From Mytilus trossulus (Eukaryota), in assembly GCF_036588685.1 (NCBI RefSeq), contig NW_026963354.1:124001-188000 (forward strand): a stretch of 64,000 nt of DNA. Reading direction: 5' to 3'. The position numbers were made by a program, and so were the translations under genes. Shown piece by piece: positions 1 through 12,865 of this stretch (its first letter is position 1; the number at the start of each line of letters is the position of its first letter). The notes beneath the pieces were generated by a model. It was not told where the DNA came from. It worked only from the letters and a program-made list of their open reading frames with translations, and searched no databases.

Positions 1-1967
1 AATGAACCATACCAACTATCCACGATTCTCTAACAATGAAGACAATATATTATCTTTAGCATCAACCAATATAGATTGTGGTGATGTAGTTGTGTCTGCA
101 GGTAAACGTTGCTAGATGTTTCATGTCTTGTCATATCACATTGTATTATTTATCATGATACTTTATTTAATAAGGCTGTGTTCAACCTGCAGGAGTTAAA
201 ATAAAACTATTTAAAATCTCATATGATATTCATTTTTTGTTCCCTTGATATAAGTTAAACAAAATATTATTTCCCATAATGTTTCTTCATTTAATGCCCC
301 TGCTGTAGCAAAGGGTGCATTTAAAAGTTTTACCATTGTCCGTCTGAACATCCATACAGCCCAAAATTGGTTTCTGTTCTTCAATATTTGTTTGCTGCTA
401 CCAAATGTTATTACACTTATACAGAATGCTAAACACAGATCAAGTATGACCCACAAAACACAGTTCAAGTTTGACTCACAAAACACAGATCAAGTTTGAC
501 CCACAAAACACATATCAAGTTTGCCAAAAAAACACAGTTCGAATTTGACCCCCAAAACAACACTGTTCAAGTTTGACCCTCAAAACACAGATCAAGTTTG
601 CCCAAACAACAGTTCAAGTTTGATCGCACAAAACATAGATCAAGTTTGACACACACAACACAGTTCAAGTTTGACCCACAAAACACAGTTCAAGTTTGAC
701 CCACAAAGCACAGATCAAGTTTGACCCACACAACACAGTTCAAGTTTGACCCACAAAACAGTTCAAGTTTGACCCACAAAACACAGATCAAGTTTGACCC
801 ACAAAACACAGTTCAAGTTTGACCCACAAAACACAGTTCAAGTTTGACCCACAAAACACAGTACAAGTTTGACCCACAAAACACAGTACAAGTTTGACCC
901 AAATCAAAGTTCAAGTTTGACCCACAAAACACAGAGCAAGTTTGACCCACACAATACAGTTCAAGTTTGAATTTGGATATCATCCCTTTTATCTCCTAGA
1001 GTTATGCCCCTTAACAAATTGAACAATTGCAAAATTTTTGTTTTCCTTTCTCAAACTTTAATTTGCCTCAACGAAATGTTATGAAACTTGTACACAATGC
1101 TTATTACCACAAAAGATAGATCGTGGTAGTTTACAAAATATCTTTTGCATGAAGGTATGTCACCTCATCCACCTAGAGATAAAGGATACAATAGATACAA
1201 TTAAGTCAGCCTTATATCTGGACTTACATCTAGAAATTGACAATCAGAGTTGGTTGAAAACAAAAGTTTACAAAAAAGATGATTTGAGCTTCTTGTTGTG
1301 AATTTTCCATATCTTTATAGAAACATCCCAGCTGTGCCTACATGTAGAGTATATATATCTCAAAATTGATATAATATGCACAGACTTGTATTTTAAAGGT
1401 GTTTGCAATAACATGAGCAACATGTGATGGGTGTCATAAGTGGAGCAGGATACACTTTTTATATACACTTCCATCAGATAATTTTCTTGTGCTTTCAGGA
1501 GCTTCAAAGACCAAGATGTCCAAGACTTCAAATTCTGTATCACTAGCCTGCCAAAACTGGGGTTGTAAGATAAAACCCTTTTACATGGCAGGTACATTAG
1601 ACTCCATTGTAATTGACTTCTGTAAACCAACTGATTCTTGCTAATACTTAATTTCGCGTTTTACCCTTCCTAAACCACTTCACAGCTATTTAATTTCACA
1701 ATTTTCTGAAGTTCAACAAAGAATTATCCAAGTACATGTATTATATATTCGCGACAATTACTATTCGAAAAGTCTCGTAAATAAGTTGGTTCACAGTATA
1801 TCTAACCATTTTCTGGTCATAGATCTCTCAGCTTTCTCCCCAATAAAAACTGACCACCATGAAATAGCTATAAGTGCTGCAAGGGGATTCCAAAAATCAA
1901 TCAATCTTGTGCTTTAGTTTTTTGCTTGATGGTGATATTGAATGTTATATCATTTAATCTCCATTAA
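1..1967 (+). CDS. 3' end of an unidentified gene; putative exons <1-101, 1499-1591, 1918-1967; hydrophobic C-terminus (possible GPI signal or TM tail)
   Basis: Open frame ending GCA G|GTAAAC at 101. TTTCAG|exon 1499-1591|GTACAT is phase 1-1 and open. TTTAG|1918-1967 ends in TAA. Spliced: ...NIDCGDVVVSAGASKTKMSKTSNSVSLACQNWGCKIKPFYMAVFCLMVILNVISFNLH*. No family recognised. Confidence 0.45.
430..975. repeat. ~25-bp minisatellite (CAAGTTTGACCCACAAAACACAGTT)
   Basis: About 20 direct tandem copies visible. Confidence 0.9.
1150..1455 (+). mobile_element. Degenerate Penelope-like element reverse transcriptase fragment
   Basis: Reads across frameshifts as LEIKDT.DT.KSA.YLDLHLEIDN...KTK..K.DD...VNFPY...NIPA.P...VYISQ, which matches the PLE RT C-terminal pattern. 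Confidence 0.65.
1620..1796. mobile_element. MITE with CTGT...ACAG termini
   Basis: CTGTAAACCAACT ... AGTTGGTTCACAG inverted ends. Confidence 0.6.
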
Positions 1968-2774
1968 TATAACCTATTATGAAGATGGCACAATTTAAAG
2001 GGTGCTGGTTATCTGGAGAAATTGTGTGGTGCAAGGGGTCAAGAGTTGTCATTTTTTGGTGTATATATGTTTGTGAAAAGTACTTGAAATAGACTTGAGA
2101 ATCAGATGTTTAGTGTAATTCTTCATTTGTGTCACTGCAATCTAATTTCATCCATGATTTAAATCATTTTAATCTTGTTGGGATAGTTAATATTTGGTAT
2201 TCAAGCTAATGGGGTAAATATAAAACATAATTTGTTCTTTCACTGTACCATCCAATCAAGGTAAGATCATTTATACATTCAAGCAACATAGTTCATATAT
2301 TTGGAGGAGACATTTTGAAATTTCAATTCGTAATGTTAACAATATCATTCCCATCTGAACAAATTTCAAAGTATTTAAAATGCTACATTTATATGATATT
2401 TCTGCAACCACGGTTGTGGTTCTTTTTTTCATTACAACATGTGAGAATCACAACAACAATGAAAACAAAGTAGATGAGTGGATGTATGGTTCATGTAAGC
2501 AAATCAGGATCTGTATTTCTTGTCATCAAGTTCATAAATGTGCTGAGAACAAAACACAAAGTTACTCTTAAAATGATCAGGTCATTTCCAAGATTTATTA
2601 AAAATATTTATTAATTATACATAGATATGACAAAGCCAAGTGAAAGGAATACTTCAAAGTGACCTTCTTTGTCAAATAGCAAATAATTTGGGAAAATGGT
2701 GTAGACTAGATTTGGTTTGGATATCAGTTCTCTTTATTCAATCATTCCTCATCTACGTTCATTCTTAAATAGAT

Positions 2775-3070
2775 TCATTCTTATCATCTGATTCATTCAT
2801 GACTTGTCCGACTCATTCATGACTTGTCCGACTCATTCATGACTTGTCCGACTCATTCATGACTTGTCAGATTCATTCAATACTTGTCCAATTCATTCAT
2901 GACTTGTCCGACTCATTCATGACTTGTCCAATTCATTCATGACTTGTCCGACTCATTCATGACTTGTCAGATTCATTCAATACTTGTCCAATTCATTCAT
3001 GACTTGTCCGACTCATTCATGACTTGTCAGATTCATTCATTACTTGTCCAATTCATTAATTATTTGTCCA
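2775..3070. repeat. 20-bp minisatellite (GACTTGTCCGACTCATTCAT)
   Basis: About 14 tandem copies. Confidence 0.9.
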
Positions 3071-3307
3071 TATCATTTGTCAATTATTTGTGTTCATGGT
3101 ACATGTGACAAAGAATATAACACAAACATTCATAGGAAAACAAACACACTCACCACAGAAACATCAGTACATTAATACCACAAGTAAAAAAACACATGTT
3201 TCATCATAAAAACATTTTGTCTTTATTTGGACAAATAAAATAAATAGACAGACAATATTTACAAGATAAAAATTAAAACCACACATAAAATTTGGCACTA
3301 TATATTG

Positions 3308-6300
3308 TTATTCTGAGTAGGACTGTTGGCTGTCACTTCCATCGGAACTACTGGAAGATGGTGGTCGGACTGAAAATAAAGGTCAGAAGTTTTTTAAAAC
3401 AATAAAATAAAATTCATAAAAGAGGTTTTGGCTTGCTGATATGTCTGCCTAATGTGAGATTTAATTAATTGTTTGACGATTGCATTTTGTTAAAATAATA
3501 AATTTACATGTTTTATACATTGTCTATAAATTACATATATATCATCATCAGTTTGATGTAAAAAATATACTTTCAAGTCCCTAGCGATATGCTAACTCAT
3601 TTTGAGATCTTGAGATATCATCACCACTAGATTTTTTCGTTTAATCCCATCTTCAGTTTTCATGGTAGTGTTTCATTTGTTTGTACTTTCACTGTCTTTG
3701 TTTTTTGCAATTTTCATTTAAGTTTTGAAAGTCCCCTTGAAATCATTTACATCTTTTATATTATATAAACACCTGTCTATAATTTAAAGACAATAGGTTG
3801 CAATCTAATATCTTGATTATTTGTGTTGCTGGATTGCTGTCTCATTGATCACCAAACATCTTTTAATTTTTCATATGGAGAAAATCTTTAGAGTTTATAC
3901 ATAAATTGTGTTAAGTCATACAACAAAGTTGAACAAAGTAATTTTCTGTCACAAAATGTCATAGCTAAGATGAACAAAGTAATTTTCTGTCACAAAATGT
4001 CTTAGCTAAGATGAACAAAGTAATTTTCTGTGGCAAAATGTCATAGGTTAGTTTTCTGTTTGAATTGTTTTACCTATGTTATTTTGTCTCTTGTGAATAG
4101 TTGTCTCAGTGGCAATCATACCATATTTTCTTTTTTATAAGTAATGTTCTGTCACAAAAGGGCATACCCCAGAAGTGCAGGCTTAATAAGAGCTTACAAA
4201 CCTTATTATTATTATTTTTTGTGATTTTTTTCACAATTACATTTGTATAAAGAATATATAAATAGTTGTCCTTGGTTCATGTCAGTCAAATTTGGGTGTT
4301 TTTTTTTAATTGTTTTGTTAAAAATTAAGAAGTAATTTTGTTTGTTTGAATTGTTTTATATTATTCATGTCAGGCCTTTTATAGCTAATTATACAGAAAG
4401 GTTTTTCTCATTGTTGATGGCCATACATTGGCCTATGATTATTCAAATGTTCAAATGGATAGTTGTCTCATTAATTGTCATACCACATTATTCTCATATA
4501 CTATTTTTTAAATGTGTCAATTCCAAGGGATGGCATTTAAGGTCAAGAAACGTAAATGGGCTATGTCGCAGATTTTTGCTAAAAATTTGCATACAACCTT
4601 GGCTCATTGAACTACAACTGAAAATCTAAAAAATAATACATTTATCTCTTTTATTATCTGAAAAATTGCAGATTGATTTCTTTTAATATGGGTGAATATT
4701 TGTATAGAAAGCACATAAAATCGGCAAAAAAACTTCAAAAATTTGTCTAAAAATCGCCAAATCTCTTATTCTACTCCATAGATTTTTCTTAAAAAACTAT
4801 ATATTGTTGACATATACATTTCTGTTTAAATGATATAAAATAATCATAGGGTCACCGACTTCGTTTTTTGTCTAATAATCAATCTGTTACCTTAAGCTTG
4901 TTGGTAGTAAAAAACGTCAAAAATCAAAGTTTTACAGCCTGCAACGCGATAACGTTACGATTATTTCGACGTTTTGTTGGATTTTTTTACAAAGAACGCA
5001 ACTTTGAATGATGAATATCGTAAAAACGAAGTCGGTGACCCTATCTTTATTTTGCATCATTATAACCGAAATTTATGTATCAACAACAAATAGTATTTAA
5101 AGAAAAATCTATGGAGTAGAAATAGAGATTTGGTGATTTTAAGACAAATTTTACAAGGGTTTTCGCCGATTTTATGTGCTTTCTAAACAAATGTTCACCC
5201 ATTTTTTGTAAGAATTCAATCAGTAATATTTCAAATGATTATTGAGATAAACGCAATATTTTTTAGATTTTCAGTTGAAGTTCATGGAGCCAGAGTTGTA
5301 TGCCAAATTTTACTGAAATCTGTGACATATATATAGGAAGATGTGGTGTGAGCGCCAATGAGACAACTCTCCATCCAAATAACAATTTAAAAATAGCCCA
5401 TTTACTGTAACTTGACCTTAAGTTACAATTGATTGATCTGTTTGTTATAAGAGGAAAAAATTCAACTCACCAAATTTTGTAGCTTTCTTTTTGCCCTTTT
5501 CTTTTTTCTGTCTAGCTCTAGCATTTTGGAACCAAACTTGTGCCACCCGTTTGTGTATTCCTGCTTTATTAGCTATTTTCTCCATGGCTTGTGAGTCTGG
5601 GTTTATTTCAAGTATAAAGTGTGACTGGAGTATTTGTATTTGGTCCTCGGTAAAACAGGTACGTGGTCGTTTGGCTCGGGGTTTTGAGGTTCCATCATCA
5701 TGATCATTGCTACTGGTATCTGTATGTATTGTTTCTGGTATACTGGCTCCTAAAAAACAAGTTCAAATCTTTAATCCTGATTAAATCCTAGGGATGTAAA
5801 ATTAAGGCCCAGTTGTTGAATTCTTAAATCATCTATGGAAACTTCTGTAATCCATTGATTTATTTAAGAAATTAAGTATATGTCAGATTAAGATGTCCAT
5901 CCTGACACTGTCCAATATTGGTCTCATTAATTACTGTAAATTCAGAAATTAATGCGAGGTTTTTATTATTGCGAAAAATGCAACTAAGTTGTAAACGCAA
6001 TAATTTAAACTCGCATTTAAAAATAATTTATATGAATTTAACAGGATTTTTCTCAAAATGTCAAAATCATAAAAATTAAAATCGCATCTAAGTCTTAAAT
6101 GACAAAATCGCAATAATAAATGCACGAAAAAATTTCTGAATCTACAGTAGTAGTATTTGATAGAAATCTGTATGATATATGTCTCTACATATTATATAAT
6201 GTCACCAAAATACAACATACAATTTGTTTAATTGATTTCATTGATGGGTTTTATTACATACATGACATATTGAAGCATCTAACCAATTATTCTTACATTT

Positions 6301-9300
6301 ATACTTATCAGACCTAATTCCAGTCCAAAATGTAATGAACATTGATCATGTTAATGTGCCAATTACATGGCTCAAAATATAAGTATCAATTTAAAAGTAA
6401 ACTTTATGGTGAAAAGATCCCCTTGTGAATATATCAGATGATACCCAAATATCTGTAATTTGTTGTAGAAACATTCATTGAATTTGTGGAATTTTATATC
6501 AAAATTATTACCAGATGGTAAAAGAAATTGTACTAAAGAATTTTCTGGAATATAAATTTGTATGAACTGTATCTGTGATTCCCCTTCAACTTTTCTGACA
6601 TTTTAAAGAAACAAGTTACCATATACAGACAATAATGCAGTCAAACTTCAATGTGTATGTAAAGCAAGTATAACTTACTGTGGATAAATTATTATTTGTT
6701 GGATACCAATTTTCGTGGGTACAGGTGAACCACAAATTCAAATGTTCAACAAATATCATATTTTCAACAGGCTTTATATACAGAGAGTGGCGAAACCACA
6801 AAATCAAATATCCACGAATATGCAAGTTTTCAGTAATCCACGAAAATTGATACCCATGAAAATAAATGAATCCACAGTAGTTACCTCATGTTAAAAGGCC
6901 TCACTATGCCACTTTTGAATGAGGAACAGTACCATCAGATAAACCTTCCCTATCTTTAAGATTTTCAAGCATATGCTGTGTGAGCATTTTCTAGCATATC
7001 TCACAATCTGATAAAAGGACCTTTTCTTAATTAGAATCAGTTAAAAACTATGTAATAAAATTCTAATATAATACATGTAAATAAATAGAGGGTGAAAACT
7101 TCAAAAGTGTTAATTAAACAACCATTAACCCCTGCTTTCAATAAAATGTCAAGTCATTTCTATCCATTCTTTCATCAACTTATTATCAATAAAATTGAGA
7201 ATGGAAATGGGGAATGTGTCAAAGAGACAAAAACCAAACCAAAGAGCAAAAATAAGGCCACCAAAAGGTCTTCAACACAGCAAGAAAAATTTATACCTGG
7301 AGGTGTGCCTCAGCTGGCCACTTAACAAAAATGTGTGTATTATTTAAGGAAAAATGGAAGTTTATAGTTCCAACAATTATTTCACCAAACTTACCATCAG
7401 TGCCATCAGAGCTATTCCCATCCATACTTTCAATAAAATGTCTTTTACACAGAAGTCGTTTGCCGAGAAGTCCAAACTGTTCTCCCGTAGATAATGGTTT
7501 GTCACATGTTTCACAATAAAAACAAGCCACATGATATATCAAATCTCTGGCTTTACGTACCCAGTCTTCTCCACGAATGGTTTTACTACAATTAGCACAA
7601 TCGGTTCTGTTGAATTCTCTGGAAAAAAATATCCAAAATATAATCATTAATGTTTAGTCAACTGTCAAAATTGCTGCAAGGATCCATGTTGGATCATTTT
7701 TTTTTAAGTCTAAATTGGTGAATGGCCTCTGATTTTAGCAACAACAAAAAGTTAGTTATTAGTAACAACCTTCATGTTTGACCATTTATAGCAAATTATA
7801 TGTAAAATCTCAAAATAAGTAATGTCTTGTAAAATTTGGCCAAACAGTCACAAACGTTTAAAAAAATATTTTATACCTTTGAAATTTAACATTTGAAGCA
7901 AAAGAATTTAAAATTTAATCAAGTTATAAAACTATAATATCAAAATAGTTCAGAATCTGGTCTGACCCACTAAACAAGCCCCTGTGTACCACCTAAAATA
8001 TTAACCAAACAACAATCAATCAAGCAATGTATACAACCTGATTATGTTATCATGATAATAGCTGGGTTTATTTTATAAACACAGATTCGAAGAAAATAAT
8101 TGTAACTTTTCAAGCACACCTTTGAAATCACTGCTCTATAACGATATTAACTGTTCAAGTACACCTTCATTGCTACTACTAACGAAGTTACAAAATTTGA
8201 AATGTGCAAACTTCAATGAGATGCCAGTAAACTTACTCATTTTTACAGAAGACACTGCCATCTTTGATGTAACATGATGAATCCCTGTCTAAGGCCGTCT
8301 GACAAAGAGAACATCTAAGACAGTGGATATGCCAGTGGCGGTCATTGACCTTGAGGAGATGTCGGTCAGTTATCAAATCTCCACAACCATAACATATGTC
8401 TTTTTCAGTCTGAAAAAAAATTAAACATCAATTTACAAAATATCTACTTTTTCATAAATCGAGCAGAGGTAACCCTTTTAAAAGCTATTTAAACTGGTTG
8501 GTCTTGCCAGGTCAGTAAAAATTGTGTTTGGCGTATTAATATTTTTGATTTTTTTTTTAAATAAGCAATAGACATGATAGACAATTTGGTTTAAATTTGC
8601 CGTTTATATCGATATTAGGTTTGTCAGTACTGGACGTCACATAAAATATGTTCCTACCATATTATTCATCTCCATAACGTTACATCTCTTTCCGAAATAA
8701 CAGGTCTAACTAATGTCTCAGTGTTTGAGGAGGGACTCTCACTTGATATGACCTTTAATCATCGTATATCATTTTCATTTTCCGGTAATTTTTCTACGAA
8801 ATAACACGTATTTGTATATGTTCTATACAAATCCTTGGAAATAATAACCGTTCACACTAAGATTATAACAGTTATTGTCCTGATCGATATAATTGAAACC
8901 TATACTTTTTTGCAAGAACCCACGAGTGTGTAGTGTGTTACTGTAAAGTACATTTGACAGAAAGAAAAGCCTATAAATCGCAGAAGGATGCACGTGCTGT
9001 TAGGGCCAATGGCATTACGCAGGATGTGTGAACGGCCTAGGTTTATCAATGACCCGTGGTCACGACAGCCCAGTTCTGTATGTTAAAGAACCATTACATC
9101 AACCCTATAAAATCCTACAAGACTTCAGTGCGTCTCTGTGTATGACTATACGTCAAGGTTTCCCTCATTGTTGAAGGCATTATGGTTGCCTATAATTACT
9201 TACATCCACTTTATTTGAACTTAGGTTGATAGTCTCATTCAGAGGCCCCTTTTTGGGAAAAAAATTGGTTGCTTATATAGGGAATCACTGAAGCATGACA

Positions 9301-11261
9301 AGAGCAGGCCCCCTCTTAGGTCAGTTAGTGGGCCACCACTTATGAAAATTAGGGAATCACTGAAGCGTGACTTGAGCAGGCCCCCTCTTAGGTCAGTTAT
9401 TGGGCCCCACTTATGAAAATTTCTAGATCCGCCACTGTCATTGGCAATTATAATTCTCTGTTTTTTTATATCAATCCTTCTATCGTTTTTGCTGTCTTAC
9501 GCCTGACATCAATAAAACATCAGTTAATAAAAATAACCTTTTACAGCAAAGTGTGCAAAAATGAAATAGACGGTCGTATGGTTAAATAAATCTCCCCGTT
9601 CTGTGTGGAAAGAAACAGAATTGGATTGGTGTCTTTATATTCAAATTATTAATTATATCATAGAATCAGAACTTTAGTAAAAATCATACTCGTTCGATTC
9701 ATCAATCCTGATAAAATCACTTCTTTTTAAATTTTAATTTTAATCGCGCGATCTTGTCTGTCTAAATTTACCGTTAACATGGATAATGCATTAATTTGTT
9801 TGAATTATTGACGGAGACTGGACTTTAAACAAAATCAATTATTGATGTTATTGTCTTGACATTCTATTCTCTTAGTGGGTCCATCTTCCATCAATAGGTT
9901 ATTTGGAATGTATACCCAGTTAAGACTAAAAAATAGTTTTAATTTTTACTGATGACAACTTTGTGTCAGCCTTAACTTTTACTATATCAATGTTTTCTTA
10001 GAATACGGTCTGATTCTTTAGAATTCAGTAAAAATGATTTATTTGAATAGTCTGACCATAACTACTCTATTCTAAGGCTGCCATATTGATTTAATGATGG
10101 ATTTGTGTTCTGTATCTAGAGTCTGAGATACACGTGTGGAATCGATTTAATACTCCAAGACCAACTGAAGAGTGTCGGATTCCAACTATAATCAGTAAAC
10201 AAAGAAAATTGTCAACAAAGAACTTTTTACTTTAAATTTAAAACATATTTTTTTCAAAACACAATACTGAAATAGGTTAAAATTATTTTACACAACATAC
10301 ATGCAACATGTAACCTTACCATTATTTTGGCGGTTTTGAATTACAAAAATATCAGAATATGGTTATAATCTAAAGACACAATTCACACATTTCTGTTCTC
10401 TGTTGGAAGTCGCTTATCTGGTTAATTCTGTCTCCGTATCCCTAAAGCATCTATTCAATATTCGTGTAAATATTTACTGATGTAGTATTTGTGACGTAAC
10501 TCCAGAACATTTGCTCTGCATCTGGATACGCTGTTCTCTGCACGCGCCGTGTGTGTATATGATATGTGCGTGTGTTGTGTTTCTAAGGAATTTTATTCAG
10601 AAACGTCTGGCTTTCCTCACAATAAAATCCAAAGTATCAAAGATACAACCACATAAAAAGGGTTTGTCGATAATAAAATTTTCTATAAATTATTTGCCAT
10701 TAGCATTATTTAACATAATAATGAATATAATAATATTTTCCAATTTTAAAATAAAAGAAAGCTTTATAGAAAAAATTCTCAGAAATTTTGATTTACTACC
10801 ATATCAATATTTTTTTGGTAAAAAATAAAAAAATAATAAAGAAATGAAATAATCTAGCTATTTCTAAATCTATATATTTACAGATGAAACCTGTAATATA
10901 ATTTTGGAAAAGATATAAAATAACTTTTTTAATATTGGAAAATGACAAGACATGAATTCAAAAAAAAATCTATTAATATTCAGTTAATAATTGAAAATTT
11001 ACTCTCGCGTAAAATACATCTGTAAATGAAGCCTTTGTGTATTGACATAATTAATAATTAATGAGGACAGGTGATCGAAAGAACTTCCTTTCTATACAAC
11101 AGGTAATAATAGATACCAAGAAAATCAATATTAACCGTTAATGCAAATACCTTTAAAAGTGCAGCGATGGAAAACGGGTAATGGTCCAGTGAATTAGAAT
11201 CTTCATCAGAACCAAATGTAAAATTTCCAGAATCCTCGAAAATTCGGGTATCTAACTTCAT
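3308..11261 (-). CDS. Awh: LIM-homeobox protein, Arrowhead/Lhx6-8-like, copy A (~282 aa); exons 11261-11151, 8409-8237, 7618-7395, 5749-5471, 3369-3308
   Basis: All introns GT-AG, phases 0/2/1/1. LIM1 CYGC..WHIHCLRCSLC..FCKN; LIM2 CANC..DWVRKARDLIYHVACFYCETCDKPLSTGEQF; homeodomain KRPRTCFTEDQIQILQSHF..NPDSQAMEKIA..KRVAQVWFQNARARQKK, close to Awh. AATAAA at 3227-3222. Confidence 0.9.
4541..5417. mobile_element. Foldback non-autonomous DNA transposon with TTAA target site (Kolobok-like), in intron 4 of Awh-like A
   Basis: TTAA|GGTCAAG ... CTTGACC|TTAA. The arms are long imperfect inverted repeats; the right arm is interrupted by a common-repeat fragment at ~5331-5392. Confidence 0.75.
5934..6147. 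mobile_element. MITE with TA flanks (Tc1/mariner-like)
   Basis: TA|CTGTAAATTCAGAAATT ... AATTTCTGAATCTACAG|TA. Confidence 0.75.
6678..6877. mobile_element. MITE with TA flanks
   Basis: TA|CTGTGGAT ... ATCCACAG|TA. Confidence 0.7.
9240..9437 (-). mobile_element. Short GC-rich MITE (CAGTGGCGGATCTAG end) with an internal ~60-bp duplication; related copy at ~49158-49300
   Basis: Ends in TCTAGATCCGCCACTG; interrupts a common repeat and is flanked by TCATT on both sides. Confidence 0.55.
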
Positions 11262-12629
11262 GTCTAACTTCGTGTCTGTGGCTCGTGAGATTGTTTGACA
11301 TGTGTTGTATGTGAGTGAAAGTCGTGAATGAACACTGCGTGCTGAAGTTATTGATAAGTATTGTTCATTGAAACGGTTGATTGAGTCCAGATTGCGGGTA
11401 TTCTATGACTGGCGATTCGACCCGGTGGTCAAACGGCTGGGGTATTTGATGTCATAACATGGCATGTGTTTGTTTGATTGCACAGTTAGCAGAGCTGATG
11501 TGTGAAATATATGATACAGATACATCCGTTTCCTAATTTTTGTATAATTTATATTTTTTTGTTAATTTTTATATTTCGCAAATGTTAAATCAAATATATC
11601 TTGTGATCTTGAAATAAGAAAAAAAAAGGATGAAATTAGAACACGGGTTTATATATATCTTTATTCTCATAAACCAAAGTGCAATGGTACAGAGACATAT
11701 ACAAATAAATTAACAAAGTATAAATTTAGATACAAATGTAAAATAGAGACATAAAGTGATTACCCAGGAGATTCTAGGCATTTAATAACAATTCTAATAA
11801 ACTTGCACAGATTGTTTAGTTCAGACGGTTTGCTACTATAATAATTCATTAGACCTTAAAATTTTAAAATGTTTGGTCTGTTTATAAAATGATATAAATA
11901 GCAGAAGTTGTCTACTATCGTTTATTGTCGAGCATTCTAATATATAATGGAACTCGTCGCCAATGTCACCGGAATTGCACAAAGTACAAATACGGTTTTC
12001 TCTCTGAATGTTTTGCTATCTACCAATTTCGATAGGAATTTTTATGTTCAGCGTTCTAAATCTACAAAAAGAAGCAATATTTTTGTCATCTAAATTATCA
12101 GATTTAGACTATTTTTGAATAATTTATAATTTAAAGCTTTTGGAGAATTTTGTACAGCATCATATCGTGTCTGTCTAAATTGGTCAGTTAATATACATTG
12201 CCGACGGTAAAATGACAATAACGGACTATGATTGAACCGCACGTGCAAGCGCAAGATCTGGATAGCACCAATTATTGTCGAACTAGTCGTAAAACACAAC
12301 CAAAAATGTTTAAAAATTTATTTAAAAACGCAAATATATAAAACTAAAAAGGGACCCAATCTGCTCGAAAACGTATCCCAAATATTTACGTCACCGTTTA
12401 TTCGATCCGGTAGTGAAATGCGTTCCACAGACTTTGTTTTCTTGATAAAAATGTCACTATCCATAATTCATCCGATTTTGATTCTCTATTTACACTCGGA
12501 CACAAAAATATGTTACAAATTCAAATCAAATACCAAAAATAACAGAATAGAAAGGAAACTAATAATAAAAGTGAACTTTCTAAAGATGCCCTGTAAAATT
12601 TATTATTTTTATTATTAGTTGTTTTAAAC

Positions 12630-12805
12630 ACCGCATTTAGGCTTTTTGGTAGCGGTAGCAGCCAGTTTTAATTGGCGAAGGAAGCCGGGGTGCCCTGAGA
12701 AAACCACCGACATTCGATATGAAAACTGATACAAGCGGGATTCTAACTCGCAACCTCAGTGTTGACGGGCTAGTTAATACAGTAGTAACAACTTAGGACA
12801 CTTAA
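12630..12805 (-). mobile_element. tRNA-derived SINE, degenerate
   Basis: On the minus strand, a B-box-like GAGTTAGAATCC is followed by GGTGGTTTTCTCAGGGCACCCCGGCTTCCT..CCAATTAAAACTG, a core seen in mollusc SINEs. Related 3' tails at ~1810-1905 and ~28836-28897. Confidence 0.6.
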
Positions 12806-12865
12806 GATACATGCGAGTGAGCAGAGTAGATAGTTTCTTGATAAAATAGCTAAAATATGAAAGGC

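Noticed and set aside
3291-3300. UAGUGCCAAA miR-96-family seed match in the Awh-like A 3'UTR
   Set aside because: Lies within ~7-17 nt of the stop codon and is not retained in B or C; could be chance.
9947-9970. CTGATGA motifs at ~9949, ~45411 (minus) and ~53901 as further hammerheads
   Set aside because: No GAAA box or closing stems.
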